DNA of 62,872 nucleotides, filler included, from Stramenopiles sp. TOSAG23-3 (Eukaryota): NCBI GenBank assembly GCA_900128585.1. It is 4 parts of 4 records of this genome, joined end to end, with 100 filler letters (N's around TTAATTAATTAA, not from the genome) between each part and the next. Parts side by side here need not be neighbours in the genome. Positions count along the whole stretch, not along the records: positions 1 to 29,219 come from LT642239.1; positions 29,320 to 58,433 come from LT642240.1; 2 more parts are not named here. One strand, written 5' to 3'. The notes beneath the pieces are model-generated. The model saw only the letters and a program-made list of their open reading frames with translations. It had not been told where the DNA came from and ran no database searches. Positions 21,255-32,829 of the stretch are shown piece after piece. Every line of letters starts with the position of its first letter. Positions within the stretch are counted from its first letter, which is position 1. Made by a program: the position numbers and the translations under genes.

Positions 21255-24017
21255 TTAGCTACTGGACGCTCTCTTAATCATATTCGTGATGTTTGTGTAC
21301 GCTGCAGACAGCTCGTTGCACTTTTGCTTTAGTTGCCTGATCTGTATTTTTCTACGTTCATAATCTTGCACTAACATGTCGTTGTTCACAAACCCTTGCT
21401 CGCCTTGCAATTTTGAATTTTCTGTTCTACATTTTTCACGTTCGCGCTTTGCCTTCGCCAGTTGATCCCGCTCCGCAGTGAGCTCTCCGTCTAAAATGGC
21501 CAATTCAGATTTCAAAACCTCGTTTTGAGCCTGCTCGAATTGTAGTTTTTCCTTGATATGGGTCAACACTTGCACCGTCGTTGTCGTTTTCTTCCTTAAT
21601 TTGTGCAAGTCCTCGTTGCGCTCTTCAATCTTTTCATTCAGCGTTTGGTTTTCAATTTTCAACTGTTCAAAATCAATCAAATGCAAGCCGTCTGCCAATT
21701 GTTCTTTTTCACGCAACTTACCTTCCAGCTTCTTCAACTGCATCTTCAAATTAATATTGCGCAACCTAACTTTCGAAACGTCACCGTCCTTTTCCGTCTC
21801 CGTACCTTCAAACTTCGAAATTATTTTCTTCGGAATGGGCCTCCCAGTTCTACTGTTCTCTGCAGCCAAGGCAATCTCCCGCTTAAACGTAGAGAAAGAT
21901 TGCCTAATGTTTTCTGCCTTTTCTTCTTTTTCATCCAACCTATCTTGCAGCTGCAGGGCAATGTCGTCATACTGAGTCTGCTCGCGTTCTATCGCCTCCC
22001 TGGCGTCGTTGACACTTTGCAGAGCTTCCCGGTATTGTTTTGCCAGTTCCATTTCGCCCTTTCTCTTCCCCGCTTCTTGCTGCTGCTTGGCCGGGTCTTC
22101 CGATGCTTTTTTCGCAGCAGCGAGACCGTGCAGGTGCACAACGAGCTTCTTCTGCAAAACCCCGTTCGATTCGGTCAACGACGCATTTTCTGCTTCGGCT
22201 TCCTGCAAAAGTCGAACCAGCTGATTTCGGCGATCGGCGCGAGATAGCTCCTCCTTCACGCGCAAATTGGCCGCCTCCTCTTCGGCTCGTTGAATGTACG
22301 CAGCATCGGCATCCTCGTCGGTTGTTCCGAAGACATCCTCTTGGTCGTCCAACAATAAGGAAGGGCCTGACATCTCGTCCATTCCACTGACGTTCTTCTT
22401 TGCGTTGTATGCTATGCTTATCCCGGAAAGGGGCGATCGCTTCAAAACTACATTGCCGCCCGCGCTCAGGGCTGCATCACTCATTTCTTTCGGGTTGTTA
22501 CCAAACACTACGGCGAAATCTGTAATGGCTTCGGAAATCTCCCCCCGCTTGACACACAGGTACGTGTAGGCACCCGGGGCCGGAGTACCGTCCACCCCCC
22601 CAAAACTAGCCACATAGTCCGCCAACTTCCAGGACCCGTCCGGGTCGCCCTCAAGCGCTTCTCGGACCTTGTTGGGGTCGATGCCAACGTCCGACAGGGC
22701 CTTCTTCGCGTCTTCGCTTTCCCAGAGGAGCGTTGCCACATCACTATTGGACGCTAGCTCTCCACCCGCATTTTCTATTAAAACACTCAATACCTCTTTT
22801 CTACCCTCGACTCCATCGTCCGCGGGGTCTACATCTCCAGCGGCCACGCCAAGCCGTACCCTTAGGACTTCGTAGCCTTCCGGGCCGTCCATCTCGGGAT
22901 CGTCACCGGTGATAAATTTAACGTCAGTTACAGGGGCATTCTCGTCCTGACCCTTCGCAAAATAAACGGCCAGCCCGTCTGCAGTCCCTTTCGGAGCATC
23001 GCCCAACATGATCTTCTCGTACCCTTCTAGGCTCTCGTCTGTTTTTCCTTCAAGAGAAGTAGAGGTGGCAACCCTTATGTCTGTGACGGCATTTGCCAGC
23101 AGTGCAACTTGCCCGCCCTCCCCAGCACGCAGTGGCTTTCCCTTGTGGCGAAATACGAACCCGGTGGAAATGACGGAACCATCGCCTGGGACCTGGAGGC
23201 CTTCCTCTACTTTGTCGTAAGGGATTTCGTCAGATCGATCCCGCACATGGAGGTGAACGTAGTAGGACCCTTCTCTGACCTCATCGAACCGAATTGGAAT
23301 AGAGAACGACCCGTCTTGTGAAAACTGCATCTCCCAAGGCCAGGTTACGGCGCACTGGTGGTGGGAAAAATCCTCGTACCCTTCCTTGGACGACGCTTCC
23401 TCCCCGGTCAGGGCCACGGGCGGCTCGTCGTAATAGACAACGCACGCATAGGGCCCCCAGTTCCCGTCTCTCTCGACCATGCTTCCTTTGAAATTAATCT
23501 CGGTCCCTGTCATCTCCACAGAGACTTCGTCGTCGATACGCACGTAGCGGTCCAAGTACACCTCCAACATACGAAAGCTTGTTTCCGAGACAGCAACCCC
23601 GATACCGACGTGGGTGTGGAGTGGGTCCAGAACGTTGGACGCATCGTGGGTTTCGTCGCCAGAGCTGGCCCCCATAGTTTTCTCGTGCATTTCCGTCATT
23701 TGTTTCAATACTGCTGCTGTAGTCAAATCAAACGCCGTGTCTTTGGGTGCATCGTATCCACCAAAAATTTCCGTCACGTGATCGCGGCACCCCGCGTGAA
23801 AATAACGTTGGTATGGCTTTTCTCCTTTCAAATTCCAATGGCTACTAAAGTTATTTTCAACCATCTCTGAACAGTGAACGTCCGCAGCTTCCGACGCAAT
23901 AGAGTCAAGGACCAAAGGCCCCATCCCGGCCGCTTCTCGCTCTTTGTTGATCACAGCAACAAGCTCTACTTTTGCCGCGTGCAGTTCCTCTGGCGTGGGT
24001 CCATTTGGGGAAGCCAT
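21255..24017 (-). CDS. CCDC96: CCDC96/CFAP184-like coiled-coil protein with N-terminal CAP domain and MABP-like segments
   Basis: C-terminal LHLIDFEQLKIENQTLNEKIEERN..L...VLTHIKEKL is DUF4201/CCDC96-like. N-terminal INKERE.AG..PL......AA..H..EM...F.SH.....PYQR...HTHVGIGVA is CAP-like. Confidence 0.85.
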   Translation of the reverse strand: MASPNGPTPEELHAAKVELVAVINKEREAAGMGPLVLDSIASEAADVHCSEMVENNFSSHWNLKGEKPYQRYFHAGCRDHVTEIFGGYDAPKDTAFDLTTAAVLKQMTEMHEKTMGASSGDETHDASNVLDPLHTHVGIGVAVSETSFRMLEVYLDRYVRIDDEVSVEMTGTEINFKGSMVERDGNWGPYACVVYYDEPPVALTGEEASSKEGYEDFSHHQCAVTWPWEMQFSQDGSFSIPIRFDEVREGSYYVHLHVRDRSDEIPYDKVEEGLQVPGDGSVISTGFVFRHKGKPLRAGEGGQVALLANAVTDIRVATSTSLEGKTDESLEGYEKIMLGDAPKGTADGLAVYFAKGQDENAPVTDVKFITGDDPEMDGPEGYEVLRVRLGVAAGDVDPADDGVEGRKEVLSVLIENAGGELASNSDVATLLWESEDAKKALSDVGIDPNKVREALEGDPDGSWKLADYVASFGGVDGTPAPGAYTYLCVKRGEISEAITDFAVVFGNNPKEMSDAALSAGGNVVLKRSPLSGISIAYNAKKNVSGMDEMSGPSLLLDDQEDVFGTTDEDADAAYIQRAEEEAANLRVKEELSRADRRNQLVRLLQEAEAENASLTESNGVLQKKLVVHLHGLAAAKKASEDPAKQQQEAGKRKGEMELAKQYREALQSVNDAREAIEREQTQYDDIALQLQDRLDEKEEKAENIRQSFSTFKREIALAAENSRTGRPIPKKIISKFEGTETEKDGDVSKVRLRNINLKMQLKKLEGKLREKEQLADGLHLIDFEQLKIENQTLNEKIEERNEDLHKLRKKTTTTVQVLTHIKEKLQFEQAQNEVLKSELAILDGELTAERDQLAKAKREREKCRTENSKLQGEQGFVNNDMLVQDYERRKIQIRQLKQKCNELSAAYTNITNMIKRASSS

Positions 24018-25034
24018 TATTATTATTGCCTTGGTTTTGAGACTTGCCCGACTGTAGTACTGTCGTTCTCTGTGTTCTCACAAGCAAGGATAAAATATTC
24101 TGTCTGTATTATTCGTATAAAATATACTTTTCTCGTTTTAATTCCAATAGAATATTACACAAACGCTTCTTTTCTTTCTATTCCATCCTTGTCCATCATC
24201 TCTTTCCTTTTTAACCCCACCCCACCCCACCCCTCTGTCCTGAACCCTGAATTCGAGAATGAAACTTCAGCTACATAATAAAATACTGATTTTTAGCTCC
24301 CCTCACCACCTACCTCTCCATCGCCTCCTCCATCCCTCCTTTTCTTCCTTGCCTATATTGCTTATATAAACAACATACTATAATACTACCGTACGGTACA
24401 GGCACCAGGAAAGGAATTAAATTAAAACTGGCTGTCTGATTTTCTTCTTCCCTCTGTATTATACATACACACAGCATTACCAAATGCATAACAACCGTTT
24501 CGGGGATTAAACGGTAACTTGAATAATTTTCAATTATGTATAGTCTATTAATAGGAATAAAATATACTTTAATTTTTATATAGAAAGACAAAGGATAAAT
24601 ATTGTATTCATAGGTTTGTTGCATACCAACAATACAAATTGTATCGTTAAGTACGATCTTTTTAATAAAAATTTGAGGTGTTAGTCGTCGTCTTTTTGCT
24701 TCTTGGTTGTCAAAAATAAAAGAGGGAATTAAGCAGAAAACGAAAAAACTGGTGTTTGTTTGTTGCCTCACATGTTTCTTCTAGGTACTCGTCGCTTTTT
24801 CAACAGAAATAAAATTGAATTTACTCGTTGGGACAAATTCCAGTCTAACAAATATGGCATGGAAATGATTGATCTACCCATCATATTTAACTCGATGTGT
24901 ACGGCAAAGTTCTTTGTAGTTTTCGTGTGCTACGGAACGACATAACGAGCTGGTTATGAGGGATAAGGGGTTTAAAACGATTCCGGTATAGACGGCACAA
25001 AACTTACAGGGTTGGATGAATGAATGACATTGCC

Positions 25035-25550
25035 TCACTTTTTCGTTTTCTCTATTTCAGTCGATATCTTTTCAAACGCATTCCTGAAGGATTCAGCAAA
25101 ATTAACATTGTGTCGCACTTCTTCCGCTTTCCCATCTCGAAACCCTTCCAGGAAGGCCGTGCTTGACTCCCGGAAGACGACCAACCATTCCAGGGCAGTT
25201 TTCCGAAAATCGGTATCCTTGATCTCTTTGCTGGTGGAATCGAACGCCACCTTTCCTGTCGCAGCAATTTCTTTCGCAGAGCCAACCAAAGCCCTTTTCT
25301 GCTCATCGGATAGCAAGGGAGATGCCGCCCCTTCACTACCCTTCCCTTCGGCCGGCTCCGTCGCGCTGTCCTGGGGTCGCAGGTTTTTCCACGATTCAGA
25401 GTACAACCGCACTCCCACCCCAATCTGCTCTTTCCACTCGGAGGCGCTTTTTGTTTTTTTGTGGCCGTGCTTCTTCACATACCATTCTGGATTGGGCATC
25501 GAATCAAACGAAGCTTTGCAGCTTCTCAGATAAGTCCGAAGACGAATCAT
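25035..25550 (-). CDS. Uncharacterised, probably mitochondrial protein (recalls plant EMB2735-type proteins)
   Basis: 171 aa; Arg-rich presequence-like start; W......RLY..SW and F.EGF.DG motifs (resemblance from memory, unverified). Start context CAACACC-ATG. Confidence 0.6.
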   Translation of the reverse strand: MIRLRTYLRSCKASFDSMPNPEWYVKKHGHKKTKSASEWKEQIGVGVRLYSESWKNLRPQDSATEPAEGKGSEGAASPLLSDEQKRALVGSAKEIAATGKVAFDSTSKEIKDTDFRKTALEWLVVFRESSTAFLEGFRDGKAEEVRHNVNFAESFRNAFEKISTEIEKTKK

Positions 25551-25807
25551 GGTGTTGCTTCAGGTTCACTTCGTTGACGGTATGCTGCGCCTGCTCTGCT
25601 AAACTTTGGTGGGTATTTCTTCAATGCATTGACCATGCAATTGTCATAATATCTCATAGACTTCTGGCACTGTTTAAGAACGTTATGGTTCTCTTCACCC
25701 GAACTTTCAACAGTCGACAAACAGTCAAAAAACGTCTGCGCGTAACTTTCACACCCCTTCGAACGCGGAAAGTGGTCAGCAAGCCTGAGTTCTGCAGTAC
25801 CACTCAT
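25547..25807 (-). CDS. Twin CX9C (CHCH) mitochondrial intermembrane-space protein (86 aa)
   Basis: C-ESYAQTFFD-C and C-QKSMRYYDN-C are both exact CX9C motifs; ATG at 25807. Confidence 0.75.
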   Translation of the reverse strand: MSGTAELRLADHFPRSKGCESYAQTFFDCLSTVESSGEENHNVLKQCQKSMRYYDNCMVNALKKYPPKFSRAGAAYRQRSEPEATP

Positions 25808-26214
25808 AAAGTGTGCAACAAACGCTACCGTTGAACAAAACGCTAGCAAATACGATCGAGGTATTGCAGTTAATGTTTCAAATACCACACGATGAGGAAG
25901 GAAAATATGTCTATACACAATTTATTTCCTTCCAGAGCAACAATTGTCTCAAGACAATTGCGCTTCCTTTGAGTGGATTGGTACAGAGTTACAACTCTAT
26001 ATTAATAAATATAATGTACTTCTTTTTTATCCACCACAACACCACCACCACCGAATAAATAAATTAGAGAAAAAAAAAGAAAAAACATCATGGCCAGCGG
26101 TTCGGGTAGGGTTAGGGTTAGTTCATGCGGCCATGATGCGGCCATGCGGCGGTCTTGTTTAGCTTTAAAATTGGTAAAAAATATACCGTAAAATTAAAAA
26201 ATATTTTTCAGGTT

Positions 26215-29200
26215 TCACTGTTCCCAAATCTCTTGCACTCCTTCGCTCTTCAAATCTGTATGGAAAGAAAGAAAGTTCGCAATGCACTCCTGGAGAACAG
26301 ACTGGGTGAGGTCGCAATCGCGGTGGCTGCATAGCGCAATTGCCATCTTCATCACAGCACCGACGGACCTTCCCGACCCTGGAAATTTCGCAAGCTTGGT
26401 CAACTCAAAACCCTTGGCGGCCTCCACTAAGGCTTCCTCGTAGGATATCGACTTCGTTCTGTCGCTCTTCAACACCCGTGCAATTGTGCTGCGCCACACT
26501 TGCGCCATGCCTTCCTCTGTGAGCGGTGTGAATTTTACGGCCAGAGTGACCCGCGACAAAGCGGCAGGATCGAACGACGACACCCGATTGCTATTGATGA
26601 ACAGCGATCCTTCAAAATTTTCCAAAAGGCGGAGGAGAACCCCGGTCATAGAATTCAGCAGCAGTTGTCCCTGCTTTCGTTTCTCTACAAGAGCATCCCC
26701 TTCGTCTAAGAGAGCTAGGCAACCCCAGTGTGCTGCCAGTTGGAGCGTCACCGTTAGCTTTTCCTCCAACTCCGCGGTGCTAGAACCGAGCTCGGCAAAG
26801 GAAATGGAGTACAGCGGCTTTCCAAAAAAACGCGCGAGGGCTTCTACCGTCAGCGTTTTCCCTGTTCCCGGGGGTCCATAGAGGAGGTAGAGCCCCCCTG
26901 CGCCTTTGCCAGGAATCACATCGTTGTAACGATACCGGTCCTTATCTGAACGTTGGACTTTTGATTTGGCAAGGGACATGAGCATTTCTTTGGACTCAGA
27001 GGGAAGCACAAGCTCGTTCCACGGTGTTGGGTCGGGTAGAACGGGCACGAGTCTATCGACGATAGCGTACCCCCACGATTTTGTACTCATGGAAAACCCG
27101 ACAACGCATGGCCAAGGCTGAGCATTTACGCCCGCAGGAAAGGATTCAAATGCAGTAAAAACACCCTCGTTCATGTTATTCATTTCCGACAGGTTTACCT
27201 TTGTGCCAGTCTCCTTCCGAATGTGGTCGAGGTACAGCTTCGTTATCGTCCCCATTGCAATGCCCAGCGCGCCCGTTCGACTTGCGGGTGCATAGCCGAG
27301 GTTGAGCCCCGTCTGTACGTCGACGATGACTTGACCAGGGGCAACGCGCATTACACTTGAAGAGGACGCCCCGGTCGATTTGTTCTTCCTCCTGAGTGAT
27401 GGGAAGAATGAACCCGCGGGGTATTCCATGTACGAGAAAGATTGCTCATGGCCACGTAGCGAATTGAACATCTTCACCCTATTGTCAATCCACGAGGGGG
27501 CAATGCCCCCTTTGACGGGCTGAAACGGCAGAAGACCCAGGTCCTTTACGTTCTTCCATTCACCTATAATTTCTGTAAAAGGCACCGTTAGAAAGTGTGG
27601 TCCAGTGTACACGATCGTTTCAAACGTGACCCGGAAACTGTACCGAAGGGCGCCCATAAGAGTGCGCATGGGCTCGTACACACAATCTATTACCTTAAAA
27701 CTTGCCAGAATTCCCAGAGACTGCGATGTAACGATCGATCCTATCTTGTACAACTCTTGCAAGCCCATGTACTCAATGGCAGCATTGTTCGCTACGGCCT
27801 TCTTGGCTCTGTCAACAATCACAGCATACTCTGTTTCTAGCGTGCTGATGAGGCTGTCCAGCCCGTCGATACATAGTAGCTTGCGACCAAAGTCTTTTTG
27901 GTAGCCCCCTCTGCCCATCAGACTCAGCTTACTGAAAAACCCTTTGACTCTTGCTAAATTTCCTTCCTCCTCTCGTCTGTCCGTACTCATTTCCCCCAAC
28001 ATGTTCATGTACGCGACGTCGTTGACGGTCGCACGCATCCGCTCGAGTACTCCAAAAAGGGTTCCAATAGGCACCTCCTTATCCATGTGACCCAGACGAG
28101 TGATGGTTCGCAGGTAGTCCATAAGAGGGACGTTGAACTGGCCCGCCGAGGATGGGCACTTCCTAGCCCTTGCCTCCAGCACTACGGCTTCCGGCTGGTT
28201 CTTGACGGCGTGTCGTCGGATACGAAATGCGGGCCCGGTCCTTTCGCCCGTGGTTTGTTGCTCTTGTGGCCCCGGGGCCACTTTCCGAACGCCACCGCCA
28301 AACCGTTTGGCAAGTGCGCCTCCCAGTGCAACATTGAACCCTGCCTTCTGCGGCGGCGCTTTCTCCACCAGTTTGGGATCAGCACGTTTTGCTCCAGGTG
28401 AACTGCCCGATTCTGGCGAGTCCTTCTTTTCTGCTTTGCCCTCCCAATCTTTTGTATAATACGGGTGGAGAAGAAACCCACTCAACAGAGAGCGCCGGTC
28501 GGTCGTCAAAAAATTGTTGCCGTCGAAATACTCTAACAGGTCCACAAGGGGCTCGTCTTCCAGGTCCTCTGCCGTGACAATAAACTCAGAGGTCCATGCA
28601 TTCATCGCTTGACTAAGTTCTGCCACAAGGGATCGTGGGAATTTGTGCCGAAGGCCCAAGCTGTTTGAGCATATCATTCGGAATTCAATCGTTTCCGGCG
28701 ATCCAAATTCATCGGTGTAGCATTCGGCTGGAATTTTCACGTCTCTCGTCTTCAGTTTCGCCTTGACGGTTGGGAGATCCCTCCGCCACCAGCCTGGACC
28801 TTGGACAATGTATGAAGAAACCACTAGGAAATCTGTTTTTTGGATCTTTGTCAACGGTGTCAGCAGGTCAATCAACCGATCGGAACCAATTTTGTTAGTT
28901 GGTTGGATTCTCAACTCTATCATCAACGCCTTTTTCGCCACGGGCAAGACTCTTCGGCCCCATTTCCCCCCGAGGAGACCCTTTGGGTGAGGGTTCAGCG
29001 TGTTCCCGACCGTCGTTCGTGCGGCTTGAGCTTGGTTGGAGGCGAGAGACGCTTTGATGCCGTCATGCCAAAGTGGGGAATTCACATAGCCTACTACCCT
29101 TGCCGATACGGATTGGAAAAGTTCCACTACGGGTTCCGCTTCTGCTTCTGTGAGGTGCGTTTGGTAGGACTCCAGGTCGGCGAAGAGCTCGGTGAAATAC

Positions 29201-29219
29201 ACGCAGTTTTCTCTCAGAC
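26215..29219 (-). CDS. AAA+ ATPase of the fungal-expanded single-AAA type, 5'-truncated at the contig end
   Basis: WNELVL, DVIPGKG.G..LLYGPPGTGKTLTVE, Walker B LLDEGD, LLRLLENFEG.LF..SNR and D.A..SRV. The frame stays open up to the linker. Confidence 0.88.
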
Positions 29220-29319
29220 NNNNNNNNNNNNNNNNNNNNNNNNNNNNNNNNNNNNNNNNNNNNTTAATTAATTAANNNNNNNNNNNNNNNNNNNNNNNNN
29301 NNNNNNNNNNNNNNNNNNN
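29220..29319. other. Artificial contig-joining linker
   Basis: N44-TTAATTAATTAA-N44; stop codons in all six frames. Confidence 0.98.
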
Positions 29320-29441
29320 ACGTGTATATATGATGTATACGTGTAGACGTAGAAAGATAACAGATTAATCAAGACAACTACATCGACAACGAACAAGAAC
29401 AACAACAAGAACGTAGTAAAATTACCAAAACAAAACATAGT

Positions 29442-30473
29442 ATGAGTGATTCAAACCAAGTAACTAGTACACAAAATAACAACAACGGTATACCAACATG
29501 CAATGATGACGTCAAAGAAGTACATGTAGATGGTTTAGTAGTATTGCAAATTATACAACAATGTGAAAGTACATTACCAGCATTAAGTAAAGGTTGTTTA
29601 TTAGGTTTAGGGGAAAATAATATAGTAGAAGTGACACATAGTTTTGGTACACCAATATATGCAACTGCAGAGGAAGAGCAACAAGCACGTGATAGTGGTG
29701 AATTGTATGGGGAACGATATGAACAAGAAATGATGAAATTATTAAAAGACGTCAATGTGGATAATAATTGTGTTGGTTGGTACAAAGCATGTGAATTAGG
29801 TTCGTTTATTGATAGTAAATTGATTAAATCCATGCTATCGTATCAAAATGAATTGCCATTAAGTGTGTTGTTTGTGTACGACCCATACCGTACAAAAGCA
29901 GGGCACTTATCATTAAAAGCATATCGTTTAAAAAAACAATTTGTACAGGATTATAACAATAAGAAATTTACATTTGGTACTTTTAATACCAAAGGGGAAA
30001 GTGAAATATTTATTGAAATACCAATTATTGTGAAAAATGCAAATGCCATCAAAGCCTTTTTATGGGATTTAAAAGATGCACAAGGAAATGAACTTGATAC
30101 GGATTTTGATCGTTTTGATTTAAGTACGAATCCATTTTTAGAACGTAATTTAGAATTTTTAATCAAATCTGTTGATGATTTTGGACGGGAACAACGTTAT
30201 ATTGATGAAAGGCAAATCAAAGTACAACGAGCATTAGCTGCATTTAGTCGTAGTAAAATTAAACGTGCAAAAGAGAATGAGGCAAGGCTAGCGGCTGGGC
30301 AACCATTGATACCAGTGGAAGATCCAGAATTTCGATGGCCAAATAAACCAAATCGTTTAGGATCCATGTTAGCTGCAACGCAAATCAATGAATATTGTAA
30401 TCAAATCAATCGTTTCAATGGACAAGGTTTTAGTAAATTGTTTTTAGCAGGTAGTTTACGCAAGGAAGAGTAA
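29442..30473 (+). CDS. EIF3H: Eukaryotic translation initiation factor 3 subunit H
   Basis: MPN domain VDGLVVLQII..C, G.LLGL, EVTHSF, VNVDNNCVGWY, YDPYRT..G.LSLKAYRL; C-terminal KLFLAG. Confidence 0.95.
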   Translation: MSDSNQVTSTQNNNNGIPTCNDDVKEVHVDGLVVLQIIQQCESTLPALSKGCLLGLGENNIVEVTHSFGTPIYATAEEEQQARDSGELYGERYEQEMMKLLKDVNVDNNCVGWYKACELGSFIDSKLIKSMLSYQNELPLSVLFVYDPYRTKAGHLSLKAYRLKKQFVQDYNNKKFTFGTFNTKGESEIFIEIPIIVKNANAIKAFLWDLKDAQGNELDTDFDRFDLSTNPFLERNLEFLIKSVDDFGREQRYIDERQIKVQRALAAFSRSKIKRAKENEARLAAGQPLIPVEDPEFRWPNKPNRLGSMLAATQINEYCNQINRFNGQGFSKLFLAGSLRKEE

Positions 30474-31273
30474 ATATCATGTACATTTTAATGATTTTGA
30501 TGAGATTTATTTCATTTATGGATTTATAATTTATATATAGGTGAACAAAAGGAAAGAGAAGAGTGTACCACACGTGTGAAAAGAAAAAAGAAAAGAGAGA
30601 GAGAGTTGTATTAAGAAGAGTAGCATGTTGTTGTATGGAAAAATGAAAGATTTTAAAATGTTATAAATTATATCATAAAATCATAAATGTCACACCCACC
30701 GCTGAAATAAAATCACTACGAGAGTTGGATAAAATTTCTCATCAAGATGCATATGTATACTGAACTAATTCATCAATCCATAACAACTTAACACCTTCCT
30801 GCAGCTTGTTATATTAGAGCGCAGTTGTTTTAAAGACTCTAAGCTGGTACTCTTGTGATCTTGTAAAAATGGGTATTGGTGCTTCATCGCGTCGTCTCTT
30901 AAAGTCAAACCACCACGCGCGCGTGTTGTTGAGTTTGTTGAGAGTGTTTGCATCACTTTAAACTTCTTATCTTCAATTTTTTCATTCAATTTCATGTCAT
31001 TTTTTAGTTGTAAATTTGAATAATAAAAACTAAAAAAGACAACAATTGCATTATAACAAACAGAAAAAAAAATATATAAACCATAAAAAAAAAAGTTGTG
31101 TATACATTGTAACATTTACATGTATAAATAATATATATATATATATATATCGTATACAAATAAAATTCTTCAAAAAATAGTTTATTGATATATATATATA
31201 TATACATCATTTAAATATCGTTAATTATATATATTGAATAAATAATTTTAATTTTATAATATATAAAATCAAC

Positions 31274-32513
31274 ATGGCATCATATTTTTGGAAAAGTATG
31301 ATTAAAAAAGAAAATAGTGATGATGATGGTAATACAACACAACGAAATAATAGTAATAATAAAATGAATAAATTAAGTTTTCGTAGAAATCGTAAAAATC
31401 GTAATAGTAGCAACGATAGTAATAATAATAACAATGATAATAATAATACATCAGAAACATTAGAGGAACGTAAGAAAAAAACAGAAATACATCGTAAGAA
31501 ACGTGAACATACATTAAAAAATTATCAAATTATGATCGAATATAAACATTTGAAACAACATGTGCCGCCTGGTATTTACATCTTACCATCTTTTCATAAC
31601 ATGCGTACATGGTGTGGTGTTATCTTTTTAAGAGCTGGTGTATGGAAATCTGGTATCTTTCGTTTTACAATTGACATGCCTGATACATATCCAGGTAATA
31701 ATTCCTGTCCGAAAATAACATTTTTAAATCAAGTCTTTCATCCAATGGTTGATTATGATACAGGTGAAATTGATTTATCATTGCGTTTCCCAAATTGGAT
31801 TGGTGGGAAACATTATATAGTAAGTTAATTGTTCATTTTATACCGTATATATATATATATACACATATATACTGCCATTGCTACTCATTATTCGAACCAT
31901 GAGTGCTGCCTGCACAAATGCATAATTTAATCAAAAACATTATTGTCTTGACAATTGGTTCTTATACATATATATATATATACAAAACACATTTACATTT
32001 ACTGTTCAGAGTTAAAATTCAGAAAGCTGCGACTCTTCTATCATAGCATTCGAATACACCATCTTCACAACATATTCATCCACTAACATATGTATATAAT
32101 TTCTCGTTTTCGTACAGTTATTTTGTTTGAAATATTTAAAACAATTGTTTTATTTACGGCCTGGTATACAAATGAACGATGCAAAATACTTGAAATTAAA
32201 TGATGATGGGAAATGTATTTACCAATGCATTAATGAAGGGAAAGTTAAAAATGAAGAGGCAACACGATTATGGTTAACAGATAAAAAACATTTCACAGAA
32301 TTATCTTCTGAATGTGCACAAATGTCATTGTTGCCTGAGATATTATATGCAAAACGAAATGATAGCAGTTTACAATTTACCATATGGGATAATAACCATC
32401 ATGAAAATGTGAAAGAACGTGTATTAGCAACGGGTTCATCGCATGGTTTTATGCATTCACAAAGTCCATTAAAGAAAAAAAGAGAATTATTATTGAAGAA
32501 GACGACCGTATAA
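31274..32513 (+). CDS. AKTIP: AKTIP/Fused toes (UEV) protein, 2 exons (31274-31819, 32118-32513; 313 aa)
   Basis: EYKHL...VPPGIYILPS, WCGVIFLR.G....GIFRF, FHPMVD..TGE. A 298-nt phase-0 intron (GTAAGT...CACTAAC...TACAG) joins KHYI to LFCLKYLKQLFY. Confidence 0.88.
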
Positions 32514-32829
32514 CAAGACGACATTTATCAACATGTTAAAAACATTTTTTACATCACGCGCCGTGTCTGACCAATGTGGGCGAATGTCGTAAAAAGGAAC
32601 TGTGTGTGTGTGTGTGGAGAGGGTGGTTGATTATACCATGATTTATAATATAAAAATATTTATCGACAGTACGAAGCATTTTTCAATGTATGTAATCACT
32701 CTTCTTCTGACTTTTGGTTACAATCCCGTTTGAATTACCATTTTACATTACCTCTTCATATACTCGTTATAGAAACAACAAAAATTGATATATTAATTAG
32801 ATAAAAAACAAAACATACCGGGAGAAAAA

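Noticed and set aside
26104-26121. GGGTAGGGTTAGGGTTAG as a telomere
   Set aside because: Under three units and interstitial.
29220-29319. TTAATTAATTAA palindrome recurring three times
   Set aside because: Always centred in an identical 100-nt N pad; an artificial joiner, not biology.
30765-31115. 116-aa minus-strand ORF between eIF3h and AKTIP
   Set aside because: N-terminal part is low-complexity AT sequence and no motif is recognised; a small gene from the internal ATG cannot be excluded.
31872-31971. Two hairpins followed by ACA in the AKTIP intron (H/ACA snoRNA?)
   Set aside because: No ANANNA box between the hairpins and the stems are short; needs snoRNA prediction or small-RNA data.
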